DNA of 64,000 bases from Octopus vulgaris (GCA_951406725.2 OX597822.1:62868001-62932000), one strand, 5' to 3'; counted from the first letter of the stretch, positions 1-12,280 are shown. The notes: generated by a model not told the origin, from the sequence alone. Made by a program: numbers and translations.

Positions 1-2860
1 ACAGACCGCTCAGTTCGTTATCGTCAACGCCTAGAGTTTCCCCGAGAACGTCGTCGCATTTTTCCTCCACTAACCCTCTATAGAACGCTAGAGTGGAGCT
101 GAAACCGATCGCATTGCCCGCCTGGCGGAGGGCGGAGAGAGCTTGACGGCACTCGAGGTGCCAAGCGCCCTTTCTCGGTCTACGTTTGATCCAGGTCTGC
201 AGCTCTGTCAAAGAGACGAGCTGCGGAAAGTCGCGTCTGACAAAAGACGACCACACCTGTTCACCGTCTAGGAAACGCTTGAGATGTCGCAGCCTGAGCG
301 CATGTCTGCGCATCAGTAACCACGGCATTCCAAGGCCTCCGTTCAGCGGTCGTTGACAGCAGATGGATCGCCTGACCAGTGGCACCTGACCCTTCCACAA
401 AAAGTCGAAGAGCAGGCGTACAAGCTTGGCCAACCAGCGGTTGGGACAAGGGACGACGGTCAAGCGGTAATAGATGACGGATGCGATGTACGCATTCGCC
501 ACCTCCGCTCGACCTTTCAGGGACAGCTTCCTCTCGGCCCATTTCTGGGTGAGACGTGCCACCCTGCTCGTCACCTCTTCCCAGTTTTTATCCACCTGGA
601 GGTCCGGACCGAACCAGACCCCGAGCAGTTTAACGGGTCCGTCTGTCCAGCGCCCTACGACGCTGTTGGACGGCATGGGCTTGCCTCTCCAGGTGCCCAG
701 TTGCAAGCCCACAGACTTTTCCGCGTTAATCTTTGCCCCTGTCACCGCTTCGTACTCGTTTAGTGTCTCGCCAATCAGGCCAATGTGCCTGTGGCTCGAC
801 ACCATCACGGTGACGTCGTCGGCATAGGCAGACACGCTGTTTCCGCCTCCTAGATCGCGCGGGATACCCCTCAAAGCCTCCAACTTGCGCAGTAATGGCT
901 CGAGAGTCAATATGTACAAGAGGGAGGAGAGAGGGCATCCTTGGCGGACCGAACGCGAGATGTCGAACGGTTCCGAAACGTGACCGTTCACCCGTATCAC
1001 CGAGCTGTATAAAGCAGCGATCCACCCGCGGAAGACTGGACCGAAGCCGGCTGCCTTGAGAACAGCTGCCAGGTACCGATGGTCGACCCTATCGAAGGCT
1101 TTACTCTGATCTAAGTTGATCAAAGCCCCACCCGCGCCAGCGTCGTTACCCACCCTCTCTATGATGTAGCGCATGAGATGGAGGTTGTCGTGTATCGACC
1201 TGGTCGGCACGGCGCATGTCTGCGTCTTGCCGACCAGCTTGTCCACGACAAGCGCCAATCTCTTGGCTAGCACCTTGGCCAAAATCTTCAACTCTGCATT
1301 GAGCAGAGTGATGGGCCGAAAATTCCCTATAACGTCCCCCTTGTTTGGGTCCTTTTTTAGCAAAGCCACCACCCCTCGACAGACAAAAGCAGGAATTCTC
1401 CCGTTTTGCTGCCAGTTGCAGTAGACGTTTGCCAACAGGCCCGCAAACAAGTCTGGCATTGAAGTGTAAAGCTCGTAGGGCAGACCATCCAAACCCGGCG
1501 ATCTACCTCTCGTGCAACTCTTCATTGCTTCCTCCACTTCCCAGGCAGATATCGGTCCTTCGCAGCACTCTGCCTCGCTGTCCGAGAGTTGCGGTAGGCC
1601 GTCCAGGTACACACCGAAGTCTGCACCATTGTGCGTTCCACCGCTCGTCCCAAACAGTTGAGCAAAGTGCCGCTGAAACACCGTACACATCTGCTTCGGT
1701 TCGGTAACCTCGCGCCCGTTCTGGTCCACCAAAGACCGAATGGTTGCTTTGTTGCCTCGCTTCGCCTCCGCCACGCGGGCCCATCGAGCGGCTCTAGTCC
1801 CCTCCCCGCTTAGCGAACGTGCCTTAGCTCTGACAACGCAGCCTTCGTGTTTGGCGTCAAAGTGTTGGTCGAGGGCCAACCTTGCCGCCAACACGTTGGT
1901 CGCGATGCCAGTCTCAAGAGCCTCGTCTAGTTTCTTAACTAAATCCCGCTCTCTCTTCCTACGTTCAATAGCTAGAGTCTTACTAAACCTAATCGACTCT
2001 ACTCTAATTGCTCTCTTGAGGGCAAACCACCAGTTGTTGTTGATGATTGCCCCCGTGAGCGCCCGCTTAACTAGTAAACTAATCCGGTCTCTGTAAGCTT
2101 TGCACGCCGTTAACGACGCGTTCAGCTTCCAGTAGCCGGGTCCCTGTCTATGTAGCCTATCTAAGTCGACCGTACAGATCATGAATTTGTGGTCCGTGTA
2201 GTCGACTAGGTGGAATAGTGGACACCCTATGCTGTCCTTATCCGCTGGCCTACAAAACACTCTAAGTACGATGCGATTGGTCCAAGTCCACATTGGCACA
2301 TTCGGGTTGTCTAGTCGAAACCTGTCGGACAGCTGAAAGCGTCCGAGTAGGTTGGCGAGGCTCTTGCACCCTCCTCTCCTATCAGACGCTCCCCTGCCCA
2401 CCCGATCGAAACGTTCGTCTAAGACAGCGTTCCAATCCCCAACTAGCACTAGAGTGCGTGACGTTCCCAGGAAAACTTCCAGACGTTTGAAATAATCCGA
2501 CTGCCCTGCTCCTGTCGGAGCGTAGGCAGCCAGCAGTCTGAAAGCACCGCCGTCACTACCGTCTACGTCGAGGACCACCAACTTACCTTCCGGATCCAGG
2601 AAGACTGTCCTTATTTTCAAGTCCAGGCCCTTCCGAAACAACACCGCAGTACCACCACCGCCCGCTCCCGGCCGACACGGAGATAGAAATATCTCGTATC
2701 CGCCGAAAAGGGCTGCGAGTTCCTGCGGGTCGGAGAGCCTGGTTTCACTGATGGCTGCTACATCCACATCATGAAACCTCAGGTCGTTTAACAGGTGACC
2801 CTGTTTCCAAGGTGACCCGAGGCCTCTCACATTCAAGCAACCGATTCTAAGTTTTGCCAT
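1..2860 (-). CDS. ORF2 (APE endonuclease + reverse transcriptase), open to the window edge, 953 codons visible
   Basis: Manual translation: MAKLRIGCLNVRGL...AISETRL...AYAP...VGDWNAVL...YTDHK...PGYWKLN...SPGLDGLP...FRPITLLNAELKILAK...LDQSKAFDRVDH...VRQGCPLS...AYADDVTV. I found no stop from 2860 to 2, and the frame arithmetic is consistent. Confidence 0.9.
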   Translation of the reverse strand, partial: MAKLRIGCLNVRGLGSPWKQGHLLNDLRFHDVDVAAISETRLSDPQELAALFGGYEIFLSPCRPGAGGGGTAVLFRKGLDLKIRTVFLDPEGKLVVLDVDGSDGGAFRLLAAYAPTGAGQSDYFKRLEVFLGTSRTLVLVGDWNAVLDERFDRVGRGASDRRGGCKSLANLLGRFQLSDRFRLDNPNVPMWTWTNRIVLRVFCRPADKDSIGCPLFHLVDYTDHKFMICTVDLDRLHRQGPGYWKLNASLTACKAYRDRISLLVKRALTGAIINNNWWFALKRAIRVESIRFSKTLAIERRKRERDLVKKLDEALETGIATNVLAARLALDQHFDAKHEGCVVRAKARSLSGEGTRAARWARVAEAKRGNKATIRSLVDQNGREVTEPKQMCTVFQRHFAQLFGTSGGTHNGADFGVYLDGLPQLSDSEAECCEGPISAWEVEEAMKSCTRGRSPGLDGLPYELYTSMPDLFAGLLANVYCNWQQNGRIPAFVCRGVVALLKKDPNKGDVIGNFRPITLLNAELKILAKVLAKRLALVVDKLVGKTQTCAVPTRSIHDNLHLMRYIIERVGNDAGAGGALINLDQSKAFDRVDHRYLAAVLKAAGFGPVFRGWIAALYSSVIRVNGHVSEPFDISRSVRQGCPLSSLLYILTLEPLLRKLEALRGIPRDLGGGNSVSAYADDVTVMVSSHRHIGLIGETLNEYEAVTGAKINAEKSVGLQLGTWRGKPMPSNSVVGRWTDGPVKLLGVWFGPDLQVDKNWEEVTSRVARLTQKWAERKLSLKGRAEVANAYIASVIYYRLTVVPCPNRWLAKLVRLLFDFLWKGQVPLVRRSICCQRPLNGGLGMPWLLMRRHALRLRHLKRFLDGEQVWSSFVRRDFPQLVSLTELQTWIKRRPRKGAWHLECRQALSALRQAGNAIGFSSTLAFYRGLVEEKCDDVLGETLGVDDNELSGL

Positions 2861-2906
2861 GTTTCAAAGGTGGAAAGAAAAAAAAAATTAAAGGAGAAAA
2901 AAGGCT

Positions 2907-4378
2907 CTACTTACTGTTGTTGGTGGTGGGGGTGGCTCCCTTGTGCTTTTGCACGGGTGCTTCCACAATATTTTTATATAGTTTCTTTGAGAAACTTTTC
3001 CCTAACGATTCCACATCGTTAGGGAATATTTGTTTTATGTCACTGTATGTTGTTGCGTTGATTTTTATTGTGAGAATGTGTGCTGGTGGTGTGTTGTGTG
3101 TTGGTATAACGAAATCTGTTATGTTTGTACTTGTTTTGTCTTTTAGGTATGCAACTAGTTTTTCATTCTTTGTGTTTATTGATGTAATTGTGTCTGTTGG
3201 TGTTGGTGTGTGTGGCAGTGGCAGTAGTGGTGTCGAAAGTGTTGTTGTTGTTTGTTGTTGTGAGTGTGTGTTGTTGTTGTTGATTTGGGGAAGCACTATC
3301 TGTTCGTGCTTCCCCTGTGTGTTCTTTTGTTTTTTCCTCCTCTTCTTTTTTGGAGGCACTGTGTGCCATTCCCATTTCTCGGTATCAGTGCTCACACAAT
3401 CCGAGCTGTCTTGATCCGGAAAGAGGATGGCTGTCGGATCCGCTTCAGCAGCAGGGCGAAAAGTTTTTGGTTCTGCTGGTAGCGGTGGTGTTGCTGTATC
3501 TGTTGGTGATGGTGACGGTGTCGGTGAGTTTTCCTCTTCCTTTTGTTTTGTTGTTGATTTTCTAGGTGCTGGGGTTGGTGTTGGTTTGGTGGTTGTTGTT
3601 GGAGGTGGTGTCGTTCGTCGTCGTCGTGGTGAAGGTGTTGGTGGTGTGGCAGCCTTTGGTGTTTCGTGCTGTTGTTGTTTCTGTTGTTCTTGTTGTTTCT
3701 GTTGTTCTTGTTGTTGTTGTTGTTGCTGCTGCTGCTGCTGCCTCTTGCCGTTTGCCTCCATTCTTTTTTTGTGAATGGGGCAGTCCCTCTTTAGGTGGCT
3801 TTCGCTGCTGCAGAGGTAACATTTTGGCTTTCGCCCCTCCACAGTAACATGCAGCCTGGTTCCATCTGGTAAATTTACCGAGTCAGGTATAGCATTAATG
3901 TTTACCTGCTGGATTTGTACCAGCAGTTGAACTCGCATACCTGACCAGTTTTTCTCCCTCACCCTTCGTACATCTAGAATAGTGGCAGTGTCCTCTATGT
4001 CATAGAGGACAGCCGCCACCAGCCATGATATACTCAGTTCGGGTGGTACTGTGTCTATTTTTATTTTTTGGACCCTTCACCCGAGGTATGATGGTACCAG
4101 GAGCAAACTTTCATTTTGCATGGGCGAAATAGCATGCGCCCTTGCATCCTCTTCTGTTCGAAAACGAACCTCCACGGTTCCAAAACGCTTCCCTCTAGTT
4201 ACGTAGCTCTTTTGGCCCATATGGGCTTCAGAGCTATTTCAATTGTTGGGGTGTTGCGTTCGTCACTCTTTTGATTTTTTTGTCAAACACCTTGTAAATT
4301 ATTGTTTTCTTGTTTGTACCATTTATGAATTGTTGAGGTGTATTGAGGAAAATACTGTCAGATCATTTATGTAGCCAT
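2907..4378 (-). pseudogene. ORF1 (gag-like, zinc knuckle CYLCSSESHLKRDC, polyQ and Pro/Thr-rich tail), disrupted in its 5' part
   Basis: Track ORF 2907..4019 continues upstream through TGA at 4079..4077 (...VPSYLG*RVQKIKID...), with further stops and frameshifts toward 4378. Confidence 0.8.
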
Positions 4379-4549
4379 ACTAAATGTTGAGTGCAAAGAG
4401 GTTGAAAAAATCACCAAGCTTGAAAGTTGAAATTGGAATAGAAAGTTGAAATAGGAAGACTGTATGCTCTATGGCTCTCTCTCTCTTTTATCTTTTCCTT
4501 TCCCCTCCACTTCTGGGCAAAAGAATCTCAAGTGGCCTGAAATATAAAA

Positions 4550-5800
4550 CGTGTGACAATTGGATCGTCTACCCTGTACTACCAGCCTAAGTGACCTCTT
4601 CTGCATTCCTGAAATTGCGTACATTTCAAAGATAACCTTGAGAAAATTGGAGTCATTACAACTCAGACGTTCTTCTAGATATCACCCGAGCGCACGTTGC
4701 TGCACGTTACCTCTGCACTAATTGCTAGTCTATACCTCACCCCTCTCCACCCAGATGTGAGGACAATCCAAAGTTCGACGTGTGTGCAAATAGCCCTGGT
4801 GATAATTATAGTATTCCCGAGACCTATGTACTCAAAAATTAGATTAGTGGCAGATATATGATTCACTAGCTTTATTTCTTATCATGCCTTGTGCGCCGTC
4901 TTAAAATGCAAGCATTATGCTCGTTTTTATATACCTTTCCAAACATCTTGCCACACATCAGCCAAGGCTTCTTGCAACTTTTCTTTGGGGGGTATTAGAG
5001 AAAAAATGATATATTCATGGGGTAAATCCGTAGTGTCTTATATGAAATACACCGCAGTTTCGCTGATGCAAATATCGTGGTTGAATATACCACTCGTCCA
5101 CTGCTTCTCCATTTGAGGTAACTCGAATCCAGATAATCTTTCTGAAGCACAACGTGCGTGCGTGTTTGTAACCAAAATCCTTAAACCATAATCGTCAGCA
5201 CATTCTCTCGCCCATATCATCAATCACTCCAATGTAACACCGACCAATTTTCTCGCGGCCTTCTCTCTCATAACCCTCATCGCATTCTCTATTTCCTCAT
5301 TTACTGCAATCATCTCCTCATATACTCACTGTGTCCATCTTTTAACCTGTTCAGTTCTTTCATTATTCTCTAGCCTGTTTTAATTCACTAAAGTTTTTAT
5401 ATTCATTAAGTACCTTTGTCCAAAATTTTAGAGGTTTTTTCCACTTCACACGGCAATCAAACTTACAAATTACTGTGCTTTATTAGTTCTCTTTACTTCA
5501 TGTATTTCTCTAATGCGAAGGATGATTTTCATCCCCATACTTATAAAATTAAATAAGTATAAAAGTGAACTGCAAATAAAACAAAAAGGACATGATCGTT
5601 TCGATCATGCATATATCAAAATGGTATCTGCAACAATCCCCATGCGTGAAGAAAACGGTACACATATAATTACATTCTTCTTCGGATTTGGCACAACGGT
5701 GACAATAATTTGATTTAAAAACATCTCCGTATTATTGAAACACGAAGAGCAACGAGATCGATATAGCAAATGTTTAGCTGACACGCAACGATAAATGTGA
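4550..5800 (-). mobile_element. Heavily decayed L1/Tx1-like relic
   Basis: Minus frame YNYHQGYLHTRRTL...CRGNVQQ...FLKVIFEMY resembles the C-terminal zinc-binding region of L1/Tx1 ORF2. Many stops. Confidence 0.3.
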
Positions 5801-6374
5801 TAACGTATTAACCCTCATGAACCCGTCTAACATTTAATATCTAACCAAATGAGAGTCGTTTTGCAGGTTATTAAATATCAACCTCATTCTTCAAAATATC
5901 AAACCTTATATTCTGAATTTTGTCATTCATATTCATTGGCGTCAGAATTTTGTCACTTTCTCCATCATTTCCAAACGAGCCAAAAACTCAAGATTTCATA
6001 ACGTTAATATCAATGTATTTAAATGGTGATGTGCACAACATTTTAAGAAATGGTACTTTGAATGCTCACTCTTAGCATTCAAAGTCATTCAATATACACC
6101 TACGAATTTTTTTCTTTGTTTTGGTCGTTCAAGTTCACTCATTTTTACCAACTGCAGTTTTTGTGGCTGACACTGCCAGATTGCAGGATATTATCATATG
6201 TATCGAAATGTTGATGGTATTTGGTTGGTTACGATGGACAACTGGACTTCTCCACCTCTATAATGTGTATATCTTTTCCTGTTATTTCGTATGTTCCTTT
6301 GTCGACCCTCTACGTCAGATTTTTAGTTATATATATATATATATACGTCATAAAAATCTGACATATATATATAG

Positions 6375-6500
6375 AGATAGATACATACATACATACATAC
6401 ATACATACGTGCATACATACGTACATACATACATGCATACATACGTGCATACATACGTACGTACATACATACATACATACATACATACATACATACATAG
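6375..6500. repeat. (TACA)n microsatellite
   Basis: Direct observation. Confidence 0.95.
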
Positions 6501-6509
6501 CAAGTAGTT

Positions 6510-7690
6510 AGCAATTTTGTCTTTGATTGGGCAGCTGGGCAAAGTACATATAGCTTTGTTTTGTCTTGGCCCGTTTAGTTACGAGTTTCCTCGGGGAGGA
6601 TGTGGAGTAGTCCGGAGAGTGTATTCAATTCCTCCCTACAAATCACGTGGAGGATTGCAGTAGCTGTTTATCTGTTAAAATGTGAGTTTTGTTAAATGTG
6701 AGTTTTATTAAGTAATCTGGTGATGCCCTGGCATTTAGTGAAAGAGTATGGTTACCCCTCCATTAGGGACTTTCCGGAATTGTATGGAGTTTGAGTTTTT
6801 TTTTTATCCTGCCTCACTGCATTAACTGAATATTCTGGTAAATCTCATTTCTAATGTAGGCTACTTTAGCTCTGATGGACTGCAACAAATAGGGTCCTGC
6901 AGGCCGCTTTTCTTTAAAAGATGATAGAGATTGTTTTGTGATTTTGAGTCCAAAATCAAGCAGAGATAAGGAAGCGGACTTATCGAAGTGCTCCACTTCC
7001 AATTTTATATATTCATCGATATTGTTGAACATACTGTATTATTTTACCAGCCTCCTCTCGATATGATACTATTACGGGGATGTCATCCACATACCTGGCG
7101 AAAATGCAGGAATGACGTGTGAAGATTTCCCTGCGTTCCAACTGGTTCATGGATATATTGACCAGTAGGCCTGACAAAGTTGACCCCATCGGCAGTTCAG
7201 AGATCTGATTGTAAATGGACCCTTCGAAGGTGTCGTCTGTTATAGTTGTTAAGAGTTCATAGATATCTGGAGTAGTCAGCCCAAAGCGGTTAAATTGTGA
7301 GAATAGGCAACGTGTTAATTTAGTAAGTTGATAGCTGGAGTTGCAGAGACAGAACTGTATAGCGAAACAACGTCTAAGCTAAAAGGGTTATTATTTTTTC
7401 TATCTAAATATGGATGGGTTGAGATCTTTCGATTTGTAGACGACATCTGTGGAGTTTTCAACATGTTTCATCTGATAAAGATATCGATATCTTCATCTGA
7501 TGATATGGTTTGCTTTATAAAAAGACCATTGAAATATTTGTAATGAAGAACTCAGAATATGAGTAACTTACATTTGGAGCTCTTCTTACAACATTATAGC
7601 CTGAATCCAAATTTATGCAATCTTATACAATGCATTATAGGAGTTTGGGAGTAAAATGTGGGTCGAATATTGAGCCCTAATTCAGTAACA
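6510..7690 (-). mobile_element. Penelope-like element (PLE) RT relic
   Basis: Minus-strand motifs PFSLDVVSLYSSV, YNQISELPMGSTLSGLLVNISM, FARYVDDI and FNNIDEYIKLEVEH..LSLLDF match PLE RT motifs. Frameshifted. Confidence 0.8.
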
Positions 7691-7746
7691 TGTGCATTTT
7701 AGCACAACACTAAGTATATTTTCATACATCCACGCACGCACACACA

Positions 7747-7781
<35 letters not shown>

Positions 7782-8889
7782 GCATGTATGCATGTACATA
7801 TGTCTGTGTGTATCTGTATGTATTTATATGTATATGTCTATCGTAAGAATTTAGAAACTTCGCTAGAACGTAAAGTAATTCGTCTTTTAACTACTGAACT
7901 TGAGATAGATAAAGCAATAAATATTATTTTTGATCCAATATTCACATGCTAATATCTATACTTTTATCTACTTCGGGTTCCACAGTTAGAAAGAAATTAT
8001 ATATACCAGCAAACGCACCTGTCCTTTAGACGGTTTAAGTTGCTTTGATAGTATTTTTTTTTTCACCAAATAATTGAACTACCTAAAGGTTTATGAGTAG
8101 ATCGGCAACCTATATTTCTTCCAATTAACCTAGAAAGGCAAATGAAATTGAAAGCTGGTTATTGTGGAGATCGTTGCACTTTAATGATCATAGACCATAT
8201 AAGTTTGCAAGCGATGCAAATTAGAGCTACTAAATTGTTTTGGGAGTAGATTATGAATAATGACTACATGAAAGTGAAATTTCTTCTCAGAAACAGCTAC
8301 ATAAATAAATGGTGTAATGAAATTGAAGGAAGACTTTGAAACTTCCCCTCTGCGAGTTTATTTTTTTCAACAGAAAAGGGAGCTATTTTTTCGGAAAGAT
8401 AAGCTAACAAAAGCCACTTAATTCTGTCTTCCCACATAACCTGCGCGTAAACTAACAGGGAATGCGGCATAAAGTTAAATTGGCATGGAGCTTTCTTAAA
8501 GATGCGTAAAGCTTTTGCTAGTGAAAGAAAAACTCTTATTTAAAGGTTGATTGTTTGGGACGAATCATATGTGATAGTTTAAAAAGGGCTAGAACGACGA
8601 TGCTAAAACATATTTGAAACAATGGACACCAGTCAACATATCATAATGGATGGGTAAATAAGCATACTTAAAGTGAAACAACGGTATCAAAGGCAAATAA
8701 CGGTATCAAAGGCAAACAAGAGTATCAACAAATATAAGAGAGGGAAGGGAGCATCACCTTTCAAGTAACTCAGAATAGGTAAAAGTAAGCTTGCAAAAGT
8801 TTAATGCAGTTTAAAGATGTAGATTAAGATAGTTTGGTATTGGATATTCATTGTATACAGTGTTTCTAATCAACTGAATCTCGGTCGTA

Positions 8890-9385
8890 AGTGGACAGTG
8901 GAAGTAAATAGACAAAATCCTTTCACTTTTATAAAAAAGAAAGGTTAAAAAAATATGGAAGACCCTTCATGCAAAAAAGCTATGTCCACTTACGTCCAGT
9001 TACGCGGGATCTCTGGGCAAAATATTATAGTGCATGACTATCGTTGGAACATAAGTGATGTGTGTGTAAAGTATGTTGAAAATCGGTTGGGAATTGTAGA
9101 AATGTAAGCATTAGTCATTATACACAAAAATACCGTGATTTATATAGGTGGAGAGTGGAAATAAAAGGATAAAATCCTTTCATTTTTATGAAAGATAAAT
9201 AAAAGTATGGAAAACCATACGTGCAAAAAACTATGAATATTTACGTCTGTTTTCGCGGGAGCAGTGGGCAGAACGTTATAGGGCATGACCATTCTTGGGA
9301 CATATTTAATGTATGCAAAGGTTTGGTGAAAATCGGTTGAGAAATGTGGAAAGTATGCGTTAGTCATGATACACACAGAGACAGC
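8890..9385. repeat. Diverged tandem dimer of about 255 bp, Helitron-like non-autonomous sequence
   Basis: AAAATCCTTTCA..TGCAAAAAA..GGGCA..GCATGAC..GAAAATCGGTTG..TTAGTCAT occurs twice in tandem. Confidence 0.6.
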
Positions 9386-9451
9386 TACCGAAATGTCTTC
9401 TAATCGAAATAAGCGAAACGGAGGTTAAAAAATGAGGTACCTTTTGACAAG

Positions 9452-9554
9452 TCACCTGACCAGACACATCTGCACCAATGATACACCACAACTATTTGTA
9501 CAGCATCTCGTCCGCGAGGAACCGATGGACGATGGGTCGAAGCAATCGTAGTGA
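9452..9554 (+). ncRNA. Degenerate type-I hammerhead ribozyme motif (PLE-associated)
   Basis: TCAC-CTGACCA-GACACATC...GATGGGTC-GAAG-CAATCG-TA/GTGA, followed by AATAAA. Two core substitutions. Confidence 0.6.
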
Positions 9555-10023
9555 TGAATAAAGAATCTAGTGAATTCCATTTTCTTTCTCTTTCTCTCAT
9601 ATTTTATAAACTCTACAGACACTAAAGAATTCTTGAAAGAAATCCAATGCCATTTAAAGCCATACTGTTGATGATATCAGGTTTCCGAATACAGCGAACG
9701 GGCTTTAAATGGCATACAACAAGGTATATACCCAAATTAAAAAGTTATGTGTGTGTGTGTACGTATGCATGCATGTATGTATGTGTGTATGTGTGTTTGT
9801 ATGTATGTATGTATATCAAGATTGCATTAGTTTAATTATTTGGTCGCTAGTTATAAATGTTCCAAATGCTATATTATAGACTGGAGAGGAAAATATGGCT
9901 CGATTGTGGCCTTAAGATAGCTTTAAACAGTAATCAAAACTAAGTTACGTAACATTTTCCCGTTAAAAGAAACGTGTTTATAGATAGATAGATATATATG
10001 ACTAAAGATGAATCCCACGACAT

Positions 10024-10058
<35 letters not shown>

Positions 10059-10060
<2 letters not shown>

Positions 10061-10450
10061 CGCAGGAGTGGCTGTGTGGTAAGTAGCTTGTTTACCAACC
10101 ACATGGTTCCGGGTTCAGTCTCACTGCGTGGCACCTTGGGCAAGTGTCTTCTACTATAGCCTCAGGCCGACCAATGCCTTGTGAGTGGATTTGGTAGACG
10201 GAAACTGAAAGAAGCCCGTCGTATATATGTATATTTGTGTTTGTGTGTCTGTGTTTGTCCCCCTAGCATTGCTTGACAACCGATGCTGGTGTGTTTATGT
10301 CCCCGTTACTTAGCGGTTTGGCAAAAGAGACCGATAGAATAAGTACTGGGCTTACAAAAGAATAAGTCCCGGAGTCGATTTGCTCGATTAAAGGCGGTGC
10401 TCCAGCATGGCCGCAGTCAAATGACTGAAACAAGTAAAAGAGTAAAAGAG
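10059..10450 (+). mobile_element. tRNA-derived SINE, family A (octopus OK-like), full length
   Basis: A/B-box head GGCGCAGGAGTGGCTGTGTGGT..GGTTCAGTC, CORE-like CCTTGGGCAAGTG, internal microsatellite, tail GGCGGTGCTCCAGCATGGCCGCAGTCAAATGACTGAAAC-(AAGAGTAA)n. Confidence 0.9.
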
Positions 10451-10734
10451 TAAAAAGAGAGTATATAGATATAGATATATGGGTCTTTACATGTAATATA
10501 TATTTTTATGTAGATTGTTAAACTAAGATAAGTGATACAAATTATAGTAACTTGAGGCGAAAATAGTCTAGCAAATACATTCGTTTTAAATGGTTCTTGT
10601 TACTAGATAGTGTATCTTTGAAGAGAGAAAAAAAATAGTGAATTGCCGGCTGGGGTCGGTGGAGAGCTCACCGACTAAGCAGAAGGTTAAGGATCAGTTG
10701 CTAAATTTTAATTAAATCTGAAAACTAATACTGA

Positions 10735-10909
10735 CTAATGATGACGGTGGTGGTGGTGCTGCCATATCTGGCGGCGGCAGACGCTGTCATCGTCGAAGTT
10801 GTCGTCGTTGTGGTGCAGATAGGGATAGAGTCGTCTGCCGTGGAGATTGAGTGGGTAATGGTGCGAACAGTGGATTTGAAGGAAATGGGTTAATTTGTCA
10901 TTAAATGTG
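10735..10909 (-). CDS. Candidate terminal exon (STFNDKL...QHHHHRHH*)
   Basis: Non-repeat, GC-richer segment, phase-compatible with candidate exon 11723..11878. The acceptor (ATATAG) is weak. Confidence 0.2.
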
Positions 10910-10982
10910 CTATATATCTGTGTTCTTGTACAAAAAAATTTGAGATGCGCGTGCCGGAACGTATCGCTATGTTTAAATATTG

Positions 10983-11193
10983 CTACACACACACACATAC
11001 ATACACACGCACACGCACACAAACGCACGTACAGATACATGTACGCACGTTCACAGAGAGTCACACTCGCATCTTCACACACATACGCACGCTCATCCAC
11101 ACACAACATTCACACACACCGGCACAGATATACACGCACCAACGCATACACACACACCAATACTTACACACACACACACACATACACACGCAC

Positions 11194-11229
<36 letters not shown>

Positions 11230-11505
11230 GTTCACAGAGAGTCACACTCGCATCTTCATACACACACCGACCGAAACACAAACACACGCTCACCCACACA
11301 CAACACTCACACACGCCGTCACACCTATACACTCGCCAACACATATACACAGACCAATACATATACACACACCAACACATACACATGCCGACACACACAC
11401 ACCAACACTCACATACATACACTTTCACAGAGTCACACTCACATATTCGCGCACACACAAACACGGACACACATACATGCACACCGACACATATGTACGC
11501 GTGCA
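10983..11505. repeat. Cryptic (CA)-rich low-complexity tract with an internal duplication
   Basis: GCACGTTCACAGAGAGTCACACTCGCATCTTCA occurs at about 11045 and 11226. Confidence 0.9.
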
Positions 11506-11722
11506 TGCTTGATTCTGTTTGTGCGTTTGTCCTTATATGGGTTTGTGTGTTCTTGCGTTGACCGAATGAGTTTGTGCCTAATCTGATATCGATTCTACGC
11601 TGTATAGAAAAGAAGCGTATAGAGTAATTTATGAAATCAAGACAGTAAGTCAATTTTAATGTCTTTTGTAAAAGCAAAATGAACTTTCATGGCACTTTCT
11701 TTTATTCAATTAGGATCTTTAC

Positions 11723-11878
11723 CTCCTTAAGATAAGTGATGAAATGTCTTTAATCATTACCAATGACGACGATGAAGATGGCGACCCATAATTTGTGAAT
11801 GAGACACAAAACCGGTCAGAAATGTGGACATTGACACTAAAAGAAAACGATGACTGAGCCTCTTCTTTGTCGCTCGTC
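11723..11878 (-). CDS. Candidate internal exon, 156 nt, phase 2/2 (TSDKEEAQSSFSFSVNV...SLILR)
   Basis: Acceptor GTGTTGCAG|, donor GAG|GTAAAG, open reading frame. Confidence 0.35.
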
Positions 11879-12245
11879 CTGCAACACGCACGCACGCACG
11901 CAAACACACACATACACACATTCACACAGCCAAACCGACTGAAAAATAGGCAGACAGAGAGCTAAGTACGTAGTAGGTAGGTAGGTAGGTAGGTAGGTAT
12001 GTAGGTAGATGCGTGGATACACACCCATACCTACATACATATATATATATGTATGTGTGTATGTATGTATGTATGTATGTATGTATACCCCTATATGTGT
12101 GGTTATGGTGGTTGTAAGGCAGATAATTAAAGTTGGGGTTGATACATATATTTTCATAGAACGAAAGAATTATAGGTAGTCGCGTGTGTACCGTTGGCGA
12201 TTTTTTTCCTCCGTCTTCCCTTCTTTGGATCTTTCCTTTTCCTAT

Positions 12246-12280
12246 GTTTCTGACGAAGAGCTCCGCTCGAAACGTTAAAC
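12246..12280 (+). ncRNA. Minimal hammerhead motif in a PLE-type insert (about 12155-12382) next to (TA)n
   Basis: GTTT-CTGACGAA-GAGC-TCC-GCTC-GAAACGTTA-AAC: core, 4-bp stem II, palindromic AACGTT stem III, short stem I. Confidence 0.7.

Larger units (their letters stand above)
1..4463 (-). mobile_element. Tx1/L1-clade non-LTR retrotransposon (5' UTR, ORF1, ORF2); 3' end lies outside the window
   Basis: ORF1 has a CCHC knuckle and is followed 46 nt later by an APE-endonuclease/RT ORF2. The 5' boundary is approximate (CAGTC initiator-like start near 4463). Confidence 0.9.

Noticed and set aside
261-2490. Short ORFs listed on both strands over the Tx1 ORF2
   Set aside because: They are shadow frames of the GC-rich ORF2.
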